DNA of 64,000 nt from Phycisphaerae bacterium (GTDB taxonomy: Bacteria > Planctomycetota > Phycisphaerae > UBA1845 > Fen-1342). The stretch covers positions 1-64,000 of the forward strand of contig JASFQK010000035.1 in NCBI GenBank assembly GCA_050115495.1, in the 5' to 3' direction. Within the stretch, counting starts at the first letter, position 1; each line of letters begins with the position of its first letter. The notes beneath the pieces are model-generated. The model was not told where the DNA came from and did no database searches. It worked only from the letters and a program-made list of their open reading frames with translations. This document shows positions 10,307-20,014 of the stretch, in pieces. The translations under genes were made by a program, and so were the position numbers.

Positions 10307-10474
10307 GCCTTGATTTCTCCTCGCCCAGGCGCCAGTCGCCCGGAAGTACAGCACTCACAACCGGTAACAGGCAGTGCGCGGGCCCTCTCGGCTCGCGATT
10401 CTAGCGCGCGCTGATAGAGGCATCAAGCGCGGGTCTGTCGTCCTGCCTTGGTATCGACCGGCTCAGGCCGTTAA

Positions 10475-11056
10475 TCAAGGACGGCTCGGAGCCACGTCGG
10501 TGGACTTGTTCCGATCATCCGCGGTTCGGCCGAGCGACGCCAGCCCGCTACGGAGCTGGTCGCTGTACAGGTGGTGGCGGTCGAGCCGGCGGACGGTCTG
10601 CCAGGCGGCCAGGGCGGCGTCCACATCCCGCAACCCTGTATACACTTGCGCCATGCGATAGGCGACAAGCAAATCGGTTTCGGCGAAGCGGCGCACGGGG
10701 GCCAGGACGAGTTGGGCCTGGGGGTAGCGGCCGGCCTCGATGAGTTGGCGAGCCGCGTGCAGGGCCGCCCGGCGCAAGGTCGTTTGCTCGGACCGGCGCC
10801 GACCGCGCACGGTCTGCGCTAGTCGGATCTGGGCGCCGAGGTATACGCCGCCGGTGAGCCCGATACCCAGGCCGTGTTGCCATGGCGGGAACTCGTCAGG
10901 GACGAGCAACAGGGCCCATAAGGTGAAGTTGGCGCAGGCGACGAAGAGCAGCCCGATGACCAGCCCGCCCCAGGGGTTGCTGCGCAGCACGAGGCCGGCA
11001 CCCGGGATGAGCAGGTTCAGCACGGACGCCAGATTGTCCTGTCGCACCGCGGTCAT
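10475..11056 (-). CDS. Membrane protein (about 3 TM helices) with C-terminal TPR-like helices
   Basis: Hydrophobic N-terminal half (NLLIPGAGL...), TPR-like YRMAQVYTGLRDVDAALAAW; ATGA overlap with the glycosyltransferase. Confidence 0.7.
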   Translation of the reverse strand: MTAVRQDNLASVLNLLIPGAGLVLRSNPWGGLVIGLLFVACANFTLWALLLVPDEFPPWQHGLGIGLTGGVYLGAQIRLAQTVRGRRRSEQTTLRRAALHAARQLIEAGRYPQAQLVLAPVRRFAETDLLVAYRMAQVYTGLRDVDAALAAWQTVRRLDRHHLYSDQLRSGLASLGRTADDRNKSTDVAPSRP

Positions 11057-12201
11057 TTCTGTCGGGCCTCCGCAGACTCCAGCCGTAACGGCCCGCCCGA
11101 GCCGCTGTCCCGCAGGAGGGCCTCGTAGGCCGTGAGCAGGTCGGGCAGGACGGCACTACACATATGATGCTCGCGGACGTAACTTGTCGCCGACTCGCCA
11201 AGACGTTGTACGCGGCGATCACCATCCACGGCGCGGGAAAGCAGGTAGGCGAGCTCGACCGCCGAGCCGGGCGTGAATTGCCAGCAGGTGCGGTCGTCGA
11301 CGAACCACTCGGCGACCTGGTCGCGGGAGGCGAGGACGGTCTTGCCCAGGGCCATGGCGAGCAGCGGGGCGAGGGAGAGCTCGGCCTGCCGGGCGGGAAC
11401 GACGTAGACGTCGACGCCGCCCATGGCCTGATCCCAGGAGCGGGGCTCGTGCACGAGGGTGATGCAGTGCTGGGCGTTGGTCTGACGGATGCGCTCCCAG
11501 ACGGACTGGACGCCGGGACCGGTTCCGATCAGGGCGACCTGGAGCTCCTGCTCGTGGCGGGCACACTGGGCGACGGCGTCGACGAGCGTTTCGAGTCCGG
11601 CCTGGGGATCCAGCCGCCCGGTCCACACGACGCCGAGCACGTGCTCTTCGGTCTGGCATGCCGCCGGCGGGTCGGGCATCAGCAAAACCGGCGGCAGGAC
11701 GGTGAGCCATTCGGCGGCCTCGCGGGAGTGGCTGAGAGCCAGCGAGACCAGGCCGCGGCAGGCGGCCGCCCAGTAGGTGTGCACCCAGGGGCGGCGGAGT
11801 TGGAGCAGGCATTCGACGTCGGCCACGGAGGTGGCGTGCACGAGGACGGGGATCTCGCGCGAGGCTGCCCAGCGGCCGATGGTCCGCAGGCAGCGTGTGC
11901 CCCACAGGTGCACGAGCTGCGGGGGCGGGTCGAGACGCCGGCCGAGCTGTCGGATCAAACCCCAGGACCACCATCCGGTGAGGTTTTTGACGGTGAGGCA
12001 CTCGACGGGCGTGCCATCGAGGTCGCTGGCCAGCCGGGGGTCGTCCGTGAGGAACGAGACGCGCAGACCCTCCGTCGCCAGGCCGAAGCCGAGCTGCCGG
12101 AACATTCGGCCGAAGCGGGCGGAGACGTCGGTGTCGGCCACGTGCAACACACGTGGCGGCGTCGTACCCGGGAAGCGGCGTTGTGTTTCGTCGTCGGCCA
12201 T
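11053..12201 (-). CDS. Glycosyltransferase family 4 (GT-B fold)
   Basis: VLHVAD, LVHLWG, WTGRLDPQAG, DVYVVPARQAELSLAPLLAMALGKTVLAS; start trimmed to exclude the REP-derived extension. Confidence 0.8.
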   Translation of the reverse strand: MADDETQRRFPGTTPPRVLHVADTDVSARFGRMFRQLGFGLATEGLRVSFLTDDPRLASDLDGTPVECLTVKNLTGWWSWGLIRQLGRRLDPPPQLVHLWGTRCLRTIGRWAASREIPVLVHATSVADVECLLQLRRPWVHTYWAAACRGLVSLALSHSREAAEWLTVLPPVLLMPDPPAACQTEEHVLGVVWTGRLDPQAGLETLVDAVAQCARHEQELQVALIGTGPGVQSVWERIRQTNAQHCITLVHEPRSWDQAMGGVDVYVVPARQAELSLAPLLAMALGKTVLASRDQVAEWFVDDRTCWQFTPGSAVELAYLLSRAVDGDRRVQRLGESATSYVREHHMCSAVLPDLLTAYEALLRDSGSGGPLRLESAEARQK

Positions 12202-12211
12202 GGTCACTCGA

Positions 12212-12446
12212 CGGCCGACGCGGAGGTCGGCCGCTACAGGACGGCTGGCACGGAGACCAGCCGCTACAAGACGGCCAGTGCAGAGATCGGCCGCCACGGG
12301 AACCACGCTGCGGTGTGCCACTGCTCTTGAGCAGTGTCTTCCGGAGCGCGGCGTTTTCGGCGTTCGACGTCGGCCACGGGGGGCCGACGCTACATGCCCG
12401 TGCGGGGCCCGGGCGCCACAAACGTCCGCCGGAGTCCGGGCGCTAC
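12212..12446 (-). repeat. REP mosaic (BIME-like): three tandem family B units with 30-bp period, one family A, two more family B
   Basis: B units at 12212-37, 12242-67, 12272-97, 12368-93 and 12423-46; A unit at 12315-43; 12311-12400 is a near reverse complement of 40079-40168. Confidence 0.9.
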
Positions 12447-12598
12447 GCGCGCCGGACGGGGCGGAGGACGCGCGACAGGCAGAAGATATTCAGGCCCAGC
12501 ACGAGGACGACGCAAGCGGTCATCATCACCGCGCCGCCGGTGGTGAGCGTCACAGCCGGCTGCGTCGTCTGGGCCAGGATCAGCGACAGCGCGTTCAT
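12443..12598 (-). CDS. 51-aa single-TM protein, probable MetS-like small subunit of the NSS transporter (not in the ORF track)
   Basis: MNALSLILAQTTQPAVTLTTGGAVMMTACVVLVLGLNIFCLSRVLRPVRRA; ATGA overlap with the transporter stop at 12595-12598. Confidence 0.75.
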   Translation of the reverse strand: MNALSLILAQTTQPAVTLTTGGAVMMTACVVLVLGLNIFCLSRVLRPVRRA

Positions 12599-14673
12599 GA
12601 GCCGGTCTCCCAGGCCACGCCGTTGCGCTCGGCGTCGGCGATCGTGCGGCCGATGCGGTTGCGACAGGCAACGTCACTGAGAATGTACAGCAACAACAGG
12701 AAGAGGATGATGCCCAGGAACACGAAACGGGCCACGTTCGCGTCGAACATGGCGCGGGTTCGCGCGGTACCCGCTTCCTTGCGCACCTCGCGCACGAAGT
12801 GCACGACGGCCTCCGGCGTCAGCGTAACCCCCTCGGCCTCAGCCAGCCCGCAGATCTTGGCGGACAACTCGTTGGGGCTGAGGGCGAGCTCGGCGACGAG
12901 ACCCCGAGCCACCGACTCGGCATTCTCCTCGGCCAGCGGCGGCGGGAGGCCAAACCGCTGCGCGAGAGCTTGGTTGTAGACCTTCGCCGTTTCGCCGGCG
13001 TCGGCAGCAGCAGCGTCGGTGCGGAGCTGACGGATCCAGTCGGCTAGCTCGGCGTGGTCGAGGTCAGGGGCGAATGGTGCGAGCGCGACGCCGACCGTGT
13101 CGGCGAGCTGCCGCTCGCTCATGCCGTTCGCGGCGAGCTTCGTGGAAAGCTCGTTGTTGAGGTTGACGGCGTCACGGGCGGTGGTCAGGGCGGCGCGCGG
13201 CCCCTGAACGGCGGGATTCATGCCCTCCAGGTAGCCGGGCAGGTTCTGCCAGGACCAGGCAAGGAGGATGACGATGAGGAACGCCGGCGTCACGTAGCGG
13301 AGCAGAATGGCGATCCACCAGGGGACGCGTAAGTCGGCGCCGCGGTTCATCTCGCGTACGCCGCGCTCGGCCCCGACGATCCACCCGAAGAGGATCACCA
13401 GGCCCGTGGCGGCGACGATCATGAGCAGGTTGCACCAGAAATCGGTGTGGTCGAGGGCGATGGCCCCGCGGCTGAAGGACATGGTCAGGCCGGCGCCGAT
13501 GGCGGTGACGACGCCGAGAACGCCGACGCTGGCCCGCCGGCCGAGGCCGAAGCCGTCTTCGAGGAAGGCGATCGCCGGCTGAAGCATGCTCAGGGAGCTG
13601 GTGACGGCGGCGAGGAAGAGCAGGCCAAACCACATGGCCCCGATCCACTGCCCCAGCGGCATGAAGTGCATGATCGCCGGGATGGTGACGAAGCCGAGCT
13701 CGAAGGTGGAACCCTTGGCGTTCTGGGCGCCGAGGAAGAGAAACGCGGTGGGGACGACGATCAGGCCGGCCAGGATCACCTCACAGAACTCGTTAGTGCT
13801 CGAAGCCGACAGTGAGCTGAGCACGACGTCGTCGTCTTCGCGCAGGTAGCTCGCGTAGCACAGGATCAGGCCAAAGCCCACGCTGAGGCTGAAGAAGATC
13901 TGCCCGGCGGCGGCCAGCCAGACCTGGGGGTTGCGCAGGGCCGGCCAATCCGGGTTCCACATGAAACCCAGGCCGCTGGTGATGCCCGGCAGGGTAAGCA
14001 CGCGGAAAAGGATGATGACCGCGCAGAGGATCAGCAGCGGCATGGCGTACTTGCAGAACTTCTCGATGCCGCGCACCACGCCCTGGTAGATGACGAAGAA
14101 GTTGACCAGGAAGCACAGGAGCACGAGCCAGATGGTGCGGCTGCCGGCGAAGAGCGCGCCGTGCGCCGAGGTGCCGAAGACCTCGCCCTGGTGGGCCTGC
14201 GTCGCCGCCACGACGGCGGAGACGACATGCTCGTGGTCGGTGGTGCCGGCGGTGGCGGCGGCGAAGAGGTCGCGAAAGCCGCCGTGGGCGAACTGGATGC
14301 AGTAGTCCAGGCACCAGGCCTCGAGCAAGATGTAGTACATGTAAATGACGACGGGGATGAGCAGCGAGAGGGCTCCGAGCAGCTTGGCCGGGCTGCGCCG
14401 CCAGATGGCGTAGAAGACGCCCGGGGCGCTGTTCTGGCCGAAGCGCCCGCCGAACCGGCCGAGCGTCCACTCGCACCAGGCGATGGGGATACCCAGCAGG
14501 AGAAAGCTGATGATGTAGGGGATCATGAAGGCGCCGCCGCCGTTGTTGACGGCCTGGCCGGGGAAGCGGAGGAAGTTGCCGAGGCCGACGGCGGAGCCGG
14601 CCACGGCCAGAACTACGCCGAGGCGGGAACCCCATTTCTCTTTCGGTGGCGCTGCGCTGGGCGAGGTGCTCAT
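12595..14673 (-). CDS. Sodium-dependent transporter, NSS/SNF (LeuT) family, with a C-terminal soluble insertion
   Basis: GSAVGLGNFLRFP, NGGGAFMIPY, AAAGQIFFSLSVGFG, AAVTSSLSM; alternative start 14763. Confidence 0.93.
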   Translation of the reverse strand: MSTSPSAAPPKEKWGSRLGVVLAVAGSAVGLGNFLRFPGQAVNNGGGAFMIPYIISFLLLGIPIAWCEWTLGRFGGRFGQNSAPGVFYAIWRRSPAKLLGALSLLIPVVIYMYYILLEAWCLDYCIQFAHGGFRDLFAAATAGTTDHEHVVSAVVAATQAHQGEVFGTSAHGALFAGSRTIWLVLLCFLVNFFVIYQGVVRGIEKFCKYAMPLLILCAVIILFRVLTLPGITSGLGFMWNPDWPALRNPQVWLAAAGQIFFSLSVGFGLILCYASYLREDDDVVLSSLSASSTNEFCEVILAGLIVVPTAFLFLGAQNAKGSTFELGFVTIPAIMHFMPLGQWIGAMWFGLLFLAAVTSSLSMLQPAIAFLEDGFGLGRRASVGVLGVVTAIGAGLTMSFSRGAIALDHTDFWCNLLMIVAATGLVILFGWIVGAERGVREMNRGADLRVPWWIAILLRYVTPAFLIVILLAWSWQNLPGYLEGMNPAVQGPRAALTTARDAVNLNNELSTKLAANGMSERQLADTVGVALAPFAPDLDHAELADWIRQLRTDAAAADAGETAKVYNQALAQRFGLPPPLAEENAESVARGLVAELALSPNELSAKICGLAEAEGVTLTPEAVVHFVREVRKEAGTARTRAMFDANVARFVFLGIILFLLLLYILSDVACRNRIGRTIADAERNGVAWETGS

Positions 14674-14862
14674 GGGCCGGGCGTCTCCGACGGGTTGGCG
14701 CGGCCGAGCCGGTCGGACGGTGTTGCCGAAGCCGGGCACGACGGCTGCGGGTGAAGGCGACATGCTAAACGATGAGCGGCCGGGTCGGCAACGGTTGCCG
14801 AAGGCCGGGCGCACCGCTATGGTCCGCACATCTTCACGGCCCCTTCAGCTCCCGGAGCCGCT

Positions 14863-16632
14863 ATGTTCAACTGGCACAATCTCAGCCCCACGCTGGACAG
14901 CGCCACCGATGCGATGGCGACGGCAATCTGGTCGAATCCGCTGTTCCTGCTGCTGTTGGGCTGCGGCCTGCTGTTCACCGTCCTGACCCGCTTCGTGCAG
15001 TGGCGCATTCTCACCCACGGCTACGCCTGCATTCGCGGGCGCTATGACAAGCCGGACGACACCGGACACATCAACCACTTCCAGGCGCTGTGCGCCGCGC
15101 TGTCGGCGACGATCGGGCTGGGCAACATCGGCGGCGTGGCCCTGGCCGTGTCGGTCGGCGGGCCGGGGGCGGTCTTCTGGATGTGGATCGTCGGCCTGTT
15201 CGGCATGGCCCTCAAGTTCATGGAATGCACGCTGGCGGTGATGTTCCGCGGCGTGCGCATCCGGAAGTCGGCAGCCAGCGGGGAGGAGCAGCACGAGGTC
15301 CGCGGCGGGCCGATGTGGTACATGCAGAAGGCCCTGGTCGAACCCCTGTGGTCCCGCGGCAACCCGTTCTGGGTGGTGTTCAAGGTGCTCGCCGTTCTGT
15401 TCGCCGTCTCCACGATCCTGAACGCGCTGGGCAGCGGGAACATGTTCCAGGGCTGGAACATCTCCGACATGCTACAGAAGAACTTCCACGTGCCGACGGC
15501 GCTGTCGGGCGCGGTCGTGGCCTCGCTGGTGGGGTTGGTGATCATCGGCGGCATCCAGCGCATCGGGAACGTGGCGTCACGGCTCGTGCCGTTCATGTGC
15601 ATCGTGTACGTGCTCGGGGCGCTGGTCGTGGTCCTGATGCACATCCACCAGGTCCCCTACTACCTCGGCCTGATCGTCAGCTCGGCCTTCACGGCGAGCG
15701 CCGGCACCGGAGCGTTCGTCGGCGTGGCAATGAAGACGGCGTTCGTGCAGGGGCTGCGGCGGGCCTGCTTCTCGAACGAGGCCGGCGAGGGCTCCGCGGC
15801 CATGGCCCACGCTGCGGCGAAGACCGAAGAGCCGATCCGCGAGGGCGTCGTCGCCGGCATCGGGCCGTTCGTGGACACGCTGCTCATCTGCACGATGACC
15901 GCGCTGGTGCTGCTGATGAGCGGCACGTGGGATCGCGCTCCGGTTGGCCGCGTGACGGCGGTGGAAGGTACGTCGGTGGTGATCGAGTATACCGACCAGG
16001 TCGACCCGCGCATCGCTGGTCTGTACATGGAACGGCTGCACTTCCCGAAACGGACGGGCAGCCAGTTCTCGATCTACGTGCCGCTGGAGGAAGGCGCGCA
16101 ATTCGAAGAGGTCAAGACGGACATTCCGCGCGGCGCGGTGCCCGAGGATGCCACCGTGGCGCAATGGGCAACCTTGCCGCCGGCGACGCTCGATGTGTCG
16201 GGGGTCGAAGAGAAGGAACGGGCCCGGCTGGCGGCAGGGCAGACGGTGCACCTGTGCATGGAGGGGGCGGAGTTGACGCGCTTTGCCTTCGACGCGACGT
16301 TGCCGGGCTTCGGCATGTGGATCGTAACGCTGGGAGTGTGCCTGTTCGGCTTCTCGACGATGATCAGTTGGAGCTATTACGGTGAGCGCGGAGCGGAATA
16401 CCTGTTCGGGTCGGGAGCGATCCTGCCGTACAAGGTGGGTTTCGTGCTGTTTGTGTTCCTGGGGATGGTGCTGGAGAAGTTCCAATGGGTGTACAACTTC
16501 TCCGACGGCGCGTCGGGCCTGATGGTCTTCTGGAACCTGCCGGCCGTGCTGCTCCTCTCGCCGCACGTGGTGCGCGCGGCCCGGGATTACTTCGGGCGAC
16601 TGGATCGTGGCCAGATGCCTCGCGTGCACTAG
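14863..16632 (+). CDS. Alanine/glycine:cation symporter (AGCS family)
   Basis: ATIGLGNIGGVA, GGPGAVFWMW, GGPMWY, FSNEAGEGSA, FSTMISWSYYGE. Confidence 0.93.
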   Translation: MFNWHNLSPTLDSATDAMATAIWSNPLFLLLLGCGLLFTVLTRFVQWRILTHGYACIRGRYDKPDDTGHINHFQALCAALSATIGLGNIGGVALAVSVGGPGAVFWMWIVGLFGMALKFMECTLAVMFRGVRIRKSAASGEEQHEVRGGPMWYMQKALVEPLWSRGNPFWVVFKVLAVLFAVSTILNALGSGNMFQGWNISDMLQKNFHVPTALSGAVVASLVGLVIIGGIQRIGNVASRLVPFMCIVYVLGALVVVLMHIHQVPYYLGLIVSSAFTASAGTGAFVGVAMKTAFVQGLRRACFSNEAGEGSAAMAHAAAKTEEPIREGVVAGIGPFVDTLLICTMTALVLLMSGTWDRAPVGRVTAVEGTSVVIEYTDQVDPRIAGLYMERLHFPKRTGSQFSIYVPLEEGAQFEEVKTDIPRGAVPEDATVAQWATLPPATLDVSGVEEKERARLAAGQTVHLCMEGAELTRFAFDATLPGFGMWIVTLGVCLFGFSTMISWSYYGERGAEYLFGSGAILPYKVGFVLFVFLGMVLEKFQWVYNFSDGASGLMVFWNLPAVLLLSPHVVRAARDYFGRLDRGQMPRVH

Positions 16633-16641
16633 ACGTTCGCC

Positions 16642-16724
16642 GAAAAAGGGGGACAGGCACCTCGCGTTGCGTGGTGGTCGCGCTACGTGCCAGGTTCGCG
16701 GCTCGGCGCCAGTCCCCCTTTTTC
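16642..16724. repeat. MITE-like element, family D (20-bp terminal inverted repeats)
   Basis: GAAAAAGGGGGACAGGCACC ... GGCGCCAGTCCCCCTTTTTC with 2 mismatches; related copy at 61409-61488. Confidence 0.8.
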
Positions 16725-16828
16725 AGCGGCGATCTGGGTCCAGCACTCGCCGGGTGGACCGGGCGGTATACTGTTTGATGTGAAGTGGCCTCGCGGGCCA
16801 GTCCCCGAAAGTTGAAGGAAGTTCTCGT

Positions 16829-17791
16829 ATGGGCACGCCGTCCCCTACCGGCAAGTCGAGTCCCCGCCCCAGCCGCGTGGCGGCCACGGTCAAGAGGCTG
16901 ATCCGCACGCGGATCAGCGCTGGCGTGATCACCGTTCTACCGCTGCTGGTGACACTGTGGGTCGTGCGGCTGATTTTCCAGTGGATGCGGGACTCGTCGC
17001 TGTGGGTGGTGGAGCTCTACCTGCGAAGCTGGATGGGCCAGCCGCTGCTGGACAGTTGGCAGGTGCCCGCCCGGCTCACCGCGCAATCGCCGACCGCGGA
17101 GCAGATTCTCGGCAACACGTCCGCGCAACTGGCCGCCGCGCAGACGACGCTGATCAGCGTCACGGAGAAGCTGCAGCTGCTGGAGGAACGGCTGGGCCGG
17201 CCGGTGGATATGGAGGAGTTCTTCGAGATCCTGCCGGCCACGGTGCAGTGGGGGACGGCCATCTTCTCGGTCCTGCTGACCGTCTTCTTCCTCTACGCCG
17301 TGGGGCTCTTCGCCGCCAACCTCGTCGGCCGGCGCGTGATTCAGACGTTCGAGCAGGTTCTCGAGCGCGTGCCGTTGATCAAGACGATCTACCGTGGGCT
17401 GAAGCAGATTCTGGCCAGCTTCTCCGGCGATCAGACGCAGAGTTTCCAGCGGGTGGCGCTGGTGCCCTTCCCGCAGGAGCGGATGCGCTGCGTGGCCTTT
17501 GTGACGAACACGTTCCGCGACTCTGAGACGGGCGAGGAATTATGTTCGGTGTTCATCGCCACCACGCCGAACCCGACCACGGGCTACCTGCAGATCCTCA
17601 AGCGCAGCGAGATCACCGAGCTGGACTGGAGCGTCGAGGAAGCCATCCGCACGATCATGTCCGGCGGCATCCTGAAACCGGACTACCTGACGATTGTGCC
17701 CAACAAGCAGTTGTACCCGGACGGACGGCCGCCGGATGGTGCGCTGCCACCGATGAGTCCCCCTGCCGAAGGACCGCCGACGACGTCCTGA
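16829..17791 (+). CDS. DUF502 family membrane protein
   Basis: AGVITVLPLLVT, RVPLIKTIY, VFIATTPNPTTGY, EEAIRTIMSGG. Confidence 0.88.
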   Translation: MGTPSPTGKSSPRPSRVAATVKRLIRTRISAGVITVLPLLVTLWVVRLIFQWMRDSSLWVVELYLRSWMGQPLLDSWQVPARLTAQSPTAEQILGNTSAQLAAAQTTLISVTEKLQLLEERLGRPVDMEEFFEILPATVQWGTAIFSVLLTVFFLYAVGLFAANLVGRRVIQTFEQVLERVPLIKTIYRGLKQILASFSGDQTQSFQRVALVPFPQERMRCVAFVTNTFRDSETGEELCSVFIATTPNPTTGYLQILKRSEITELDWSVEEAIRTIMSGGILKPDYLTIVPNKQLYPDGRPPDGALPPMSPPAEGPPTTS

Positions 17792-17921
17792 TCCGCAGCG
17801 CGTCGGCCGGTCACCAACGACCGGTCCGCATCACCCCAAATAGCACGACGGCCGGCGTGAATCTCGCCGGCCGTCGCGTGGAACGTCACCGGCCCGTAGT
17901 GGGCCGGGGTGTCAGCGCTGA

Positions 17922-19823
17922 CTAGGGAACTTCCTCAGCGACGGGCTCGGGCTCGGGAGCCGGTGTCGCGGCGGGGGGCTCGCGGTAGTTGAAGACGGCC
18001 TTGGTGTACATCGCCTTGCCGTCGAAGGTGGTCTGCGAGGAGGAGGACTGGTAGAAGTTCAACTCGCGGCAGACCTTGCCGGCCTTGTTGGCCACCATGA
18101 GCAGAGTGCGGCCGACCGGGTGCCGGGCCAGATCAGGAACGAGGAAGCCGAAGCCGGAGACCATCTCCAGGATGCCGCCGAGCTCTTCGCCCAGCTTCGT
18201 CAGGTCGGAGAAGCTGACGGAGATGACCTTCTTGCCGAGGGGCAGGCCTTCCTTGAGGAAGCGCTCGTTGGTGGAGAAGTTCGGCTCCTTGCCGGCGGCG
18301 GTGGCCAGGGCGATCTCGATGGCCTTCGGGCTCGAGCCGAGGAAAAGCTGGCCGTCGTAAATGCCGAACGTCGGCTGGCCGAGCATCATGGCCAGCATCG
18401 GGTGCACGATGACCTTGAAGCCGTCGGCGCCTTCCAGGCGGGCGTCGTCGATCATGCCGTTCTGCTCGGCGAGCATCGGCGAGACCATCTCGATCACGTG
18501 ATTGAGCAGGCCGTTGGCCTTCTCTTCATCGGTGACCGACAGCATGATGACCCACGAGGCGGGGCTGTAGGTGGACTTGCCGGGGATGGTGAAGCTGGCG
18601 AGGCCGCCGCCGATCCAGTCGATGACGTCGGCTTCGACGTCGATGCCGACGTTCTCCTTGATCTCGAGCTTGCCTTCTTCCCAGTCGGCGAGAGCGTCCT
18701 CGCCGTCGGGAACGTTGTCCTTGATGAAGTGCAGGATCTCGTCGTAGATGACGCGGGGGCGGATACCGTTCCAGGCACTCATGTTCTGGGCGTTCTGCGG
18801 GACGAACTTCAGCGGATCGGTGAGCGGATCGTTGCTGAAGAGAACGCGGTACAGGGCGCGATCCTGCCGGTCGGGCAGCATCACGGTCACGCCGTCCATC
18901 GTGGTCTTCAGGCCATCGGTGGTGGAGACGGTGGCCACGTAGTCGAAGATGTCCATCGCGTCGATGAACTTGCCGGGCAGGGACTTGACCTCAGGCTCGA
19001 TGTTCTCGCCGGTCGGATCGCCCATGGCCATGGCCTGGTCGATGAAGACGCGAAACTGGCTCATCCACAGCGACAGATCCATGAAGACCAGTTCGTCGGT
19101 CGGCGCCGGGAGCTGCTTGAAGGCGGCCTGGAAGCGGTCGGTCGAGGCCAGGGTCTTGCCCTCGCCGCCGGTGAGCAGCGTCAACGACTGCTCGGGCATG
19201 GTCTGCCCGAAGCCGATGAGGATCGTGTCCTGCTGACGGGCGAGCATCAGCATCATGGGGATCGGGGCGTTGACGGCAGTCACGCGGTGCACGATCGCGT
19301 CGCCGGCACCCTCGGTGGCCAGGCTAACCTCGCCCTCGGGCGCGAAGCCGATCAGGGTCTTCAGAATGCCTTCCAGGCCGGTGAAGTTGGCGGCGGCCTT
19401 CTCGGGAGAGGCAGACAGCAGCACCACCATGTCCGGCACGGGGAAGCCGAGCTTCATGGCGAAGGCAGATTCATGTTCACCCAGCGTCGACCACTCGACG
19501 CCCAGCAGCAGGTCGCTGAACTGCTGCCACTGCGCTTCGAACATCTCGACGTCGTCGCCGTTTTCCTCGACGACCGACTTGAGCAGCAGGCGCAGGTCGT
19601 TCTCGAAGTGCTGCTCCTGCACGACGGCCCACACGCGGTCGTACTGCGCCTTCAGGAAGGCCTGGCCGTCGTGACTGCGCCCGTGCACGGCCAGGGCGGC
19701 ATCGGCCGGAATCGCCTTCGTCAGCTTGAAGTCGTCGATGCCGGCGATGGCCGGCCCCGCCAGGGCGAGCACCGCCACCCACAACATCCCCACCCCGAAC
19801 ATCCAACCTGCCTTGCGTCTCAT
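17922..19823 (-). CDS. Large exported hypothetical protein (DUF3352-like)
   Basis: Signal peptide MRRKAG...AIA; RBS AAGGAG; acidic composition; strong coding bias. Confidence 0.7.
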   Translation of the reverse strand: MRRKAGWMFGVGMLWVAVLALAGPAIAGIDDFKLTKAIPADAALAVHGRSHDGQAFLKAQYDRVWAVVQEQHFENDLRLLLKSVVEENGDDVEMFEAQWQQFSDLLLGVEWSTLGEHESAFAMKLGFPVPDMVVLLSASPEKAAANFTGLEGILKTLIGFAPEGEVSLATEGAGDAIVHRVTAVNAPIPMMLMLARQQDTILIGFGQTMPEQSLTLLTGGEGKTLASTDRFQAAFKQLPAPTDELVFMDLSLWMSQFRVFIDQAMAMGDPTGENIEPEVKSLPGKFIDAMDIFDYVATVSTTDGLKTTMDGVTVMLPDRQDRALYRVLFSNDPLTDPLKFVPQNAQNMSAWNGIRPRVIYDEILHFIKDNVPDGEDALADWEEGKLEIKENVGIDVEADVIDWIGGGLASFTIPGKSTYSPASWVIMLSVTDEEKANGLLNHVIEMVSPMLAEQNGMIDDARLEGADGFKVIVHPMLAMMLGQPTFGIYDGQLFLGSSPKAIEIALATAAGKEPNFSTNERFLKEGLPLGKKVISVSFSDLTKLGEELGGILEMVSGFGFLVPDLARHPVGRTLLMVANKAGKVCRELNFYQSSSSQTTFDGKAMYTKAVFNYREPPAATPAPEPEPVAEEVP

Positions 19824-20014
19824 CGCTGCATCTCCTTGTGTACCGAATCGCCCAAGCCCGCAGGCCGGGCTTATCAACGGTTGCCGACGTGGCACGACCA
19901 TCTACGTGCGTAGTCTATCGCGAGGAACGTGGCCGCGCAGCATAACCGCGCACGGAAACACCGCAAACCACAAAATCTGACACTGCCACCCGTCCACGAC
20001 GCCTTCCGGGGCCG

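Noticed and set aside
12212..12297. 30-bp periodic units as a CRISPR array
   Set aside because: There are no unique spacers, the units are themselves variable hairpins of a dispersed REP family, and no cas genes are present.
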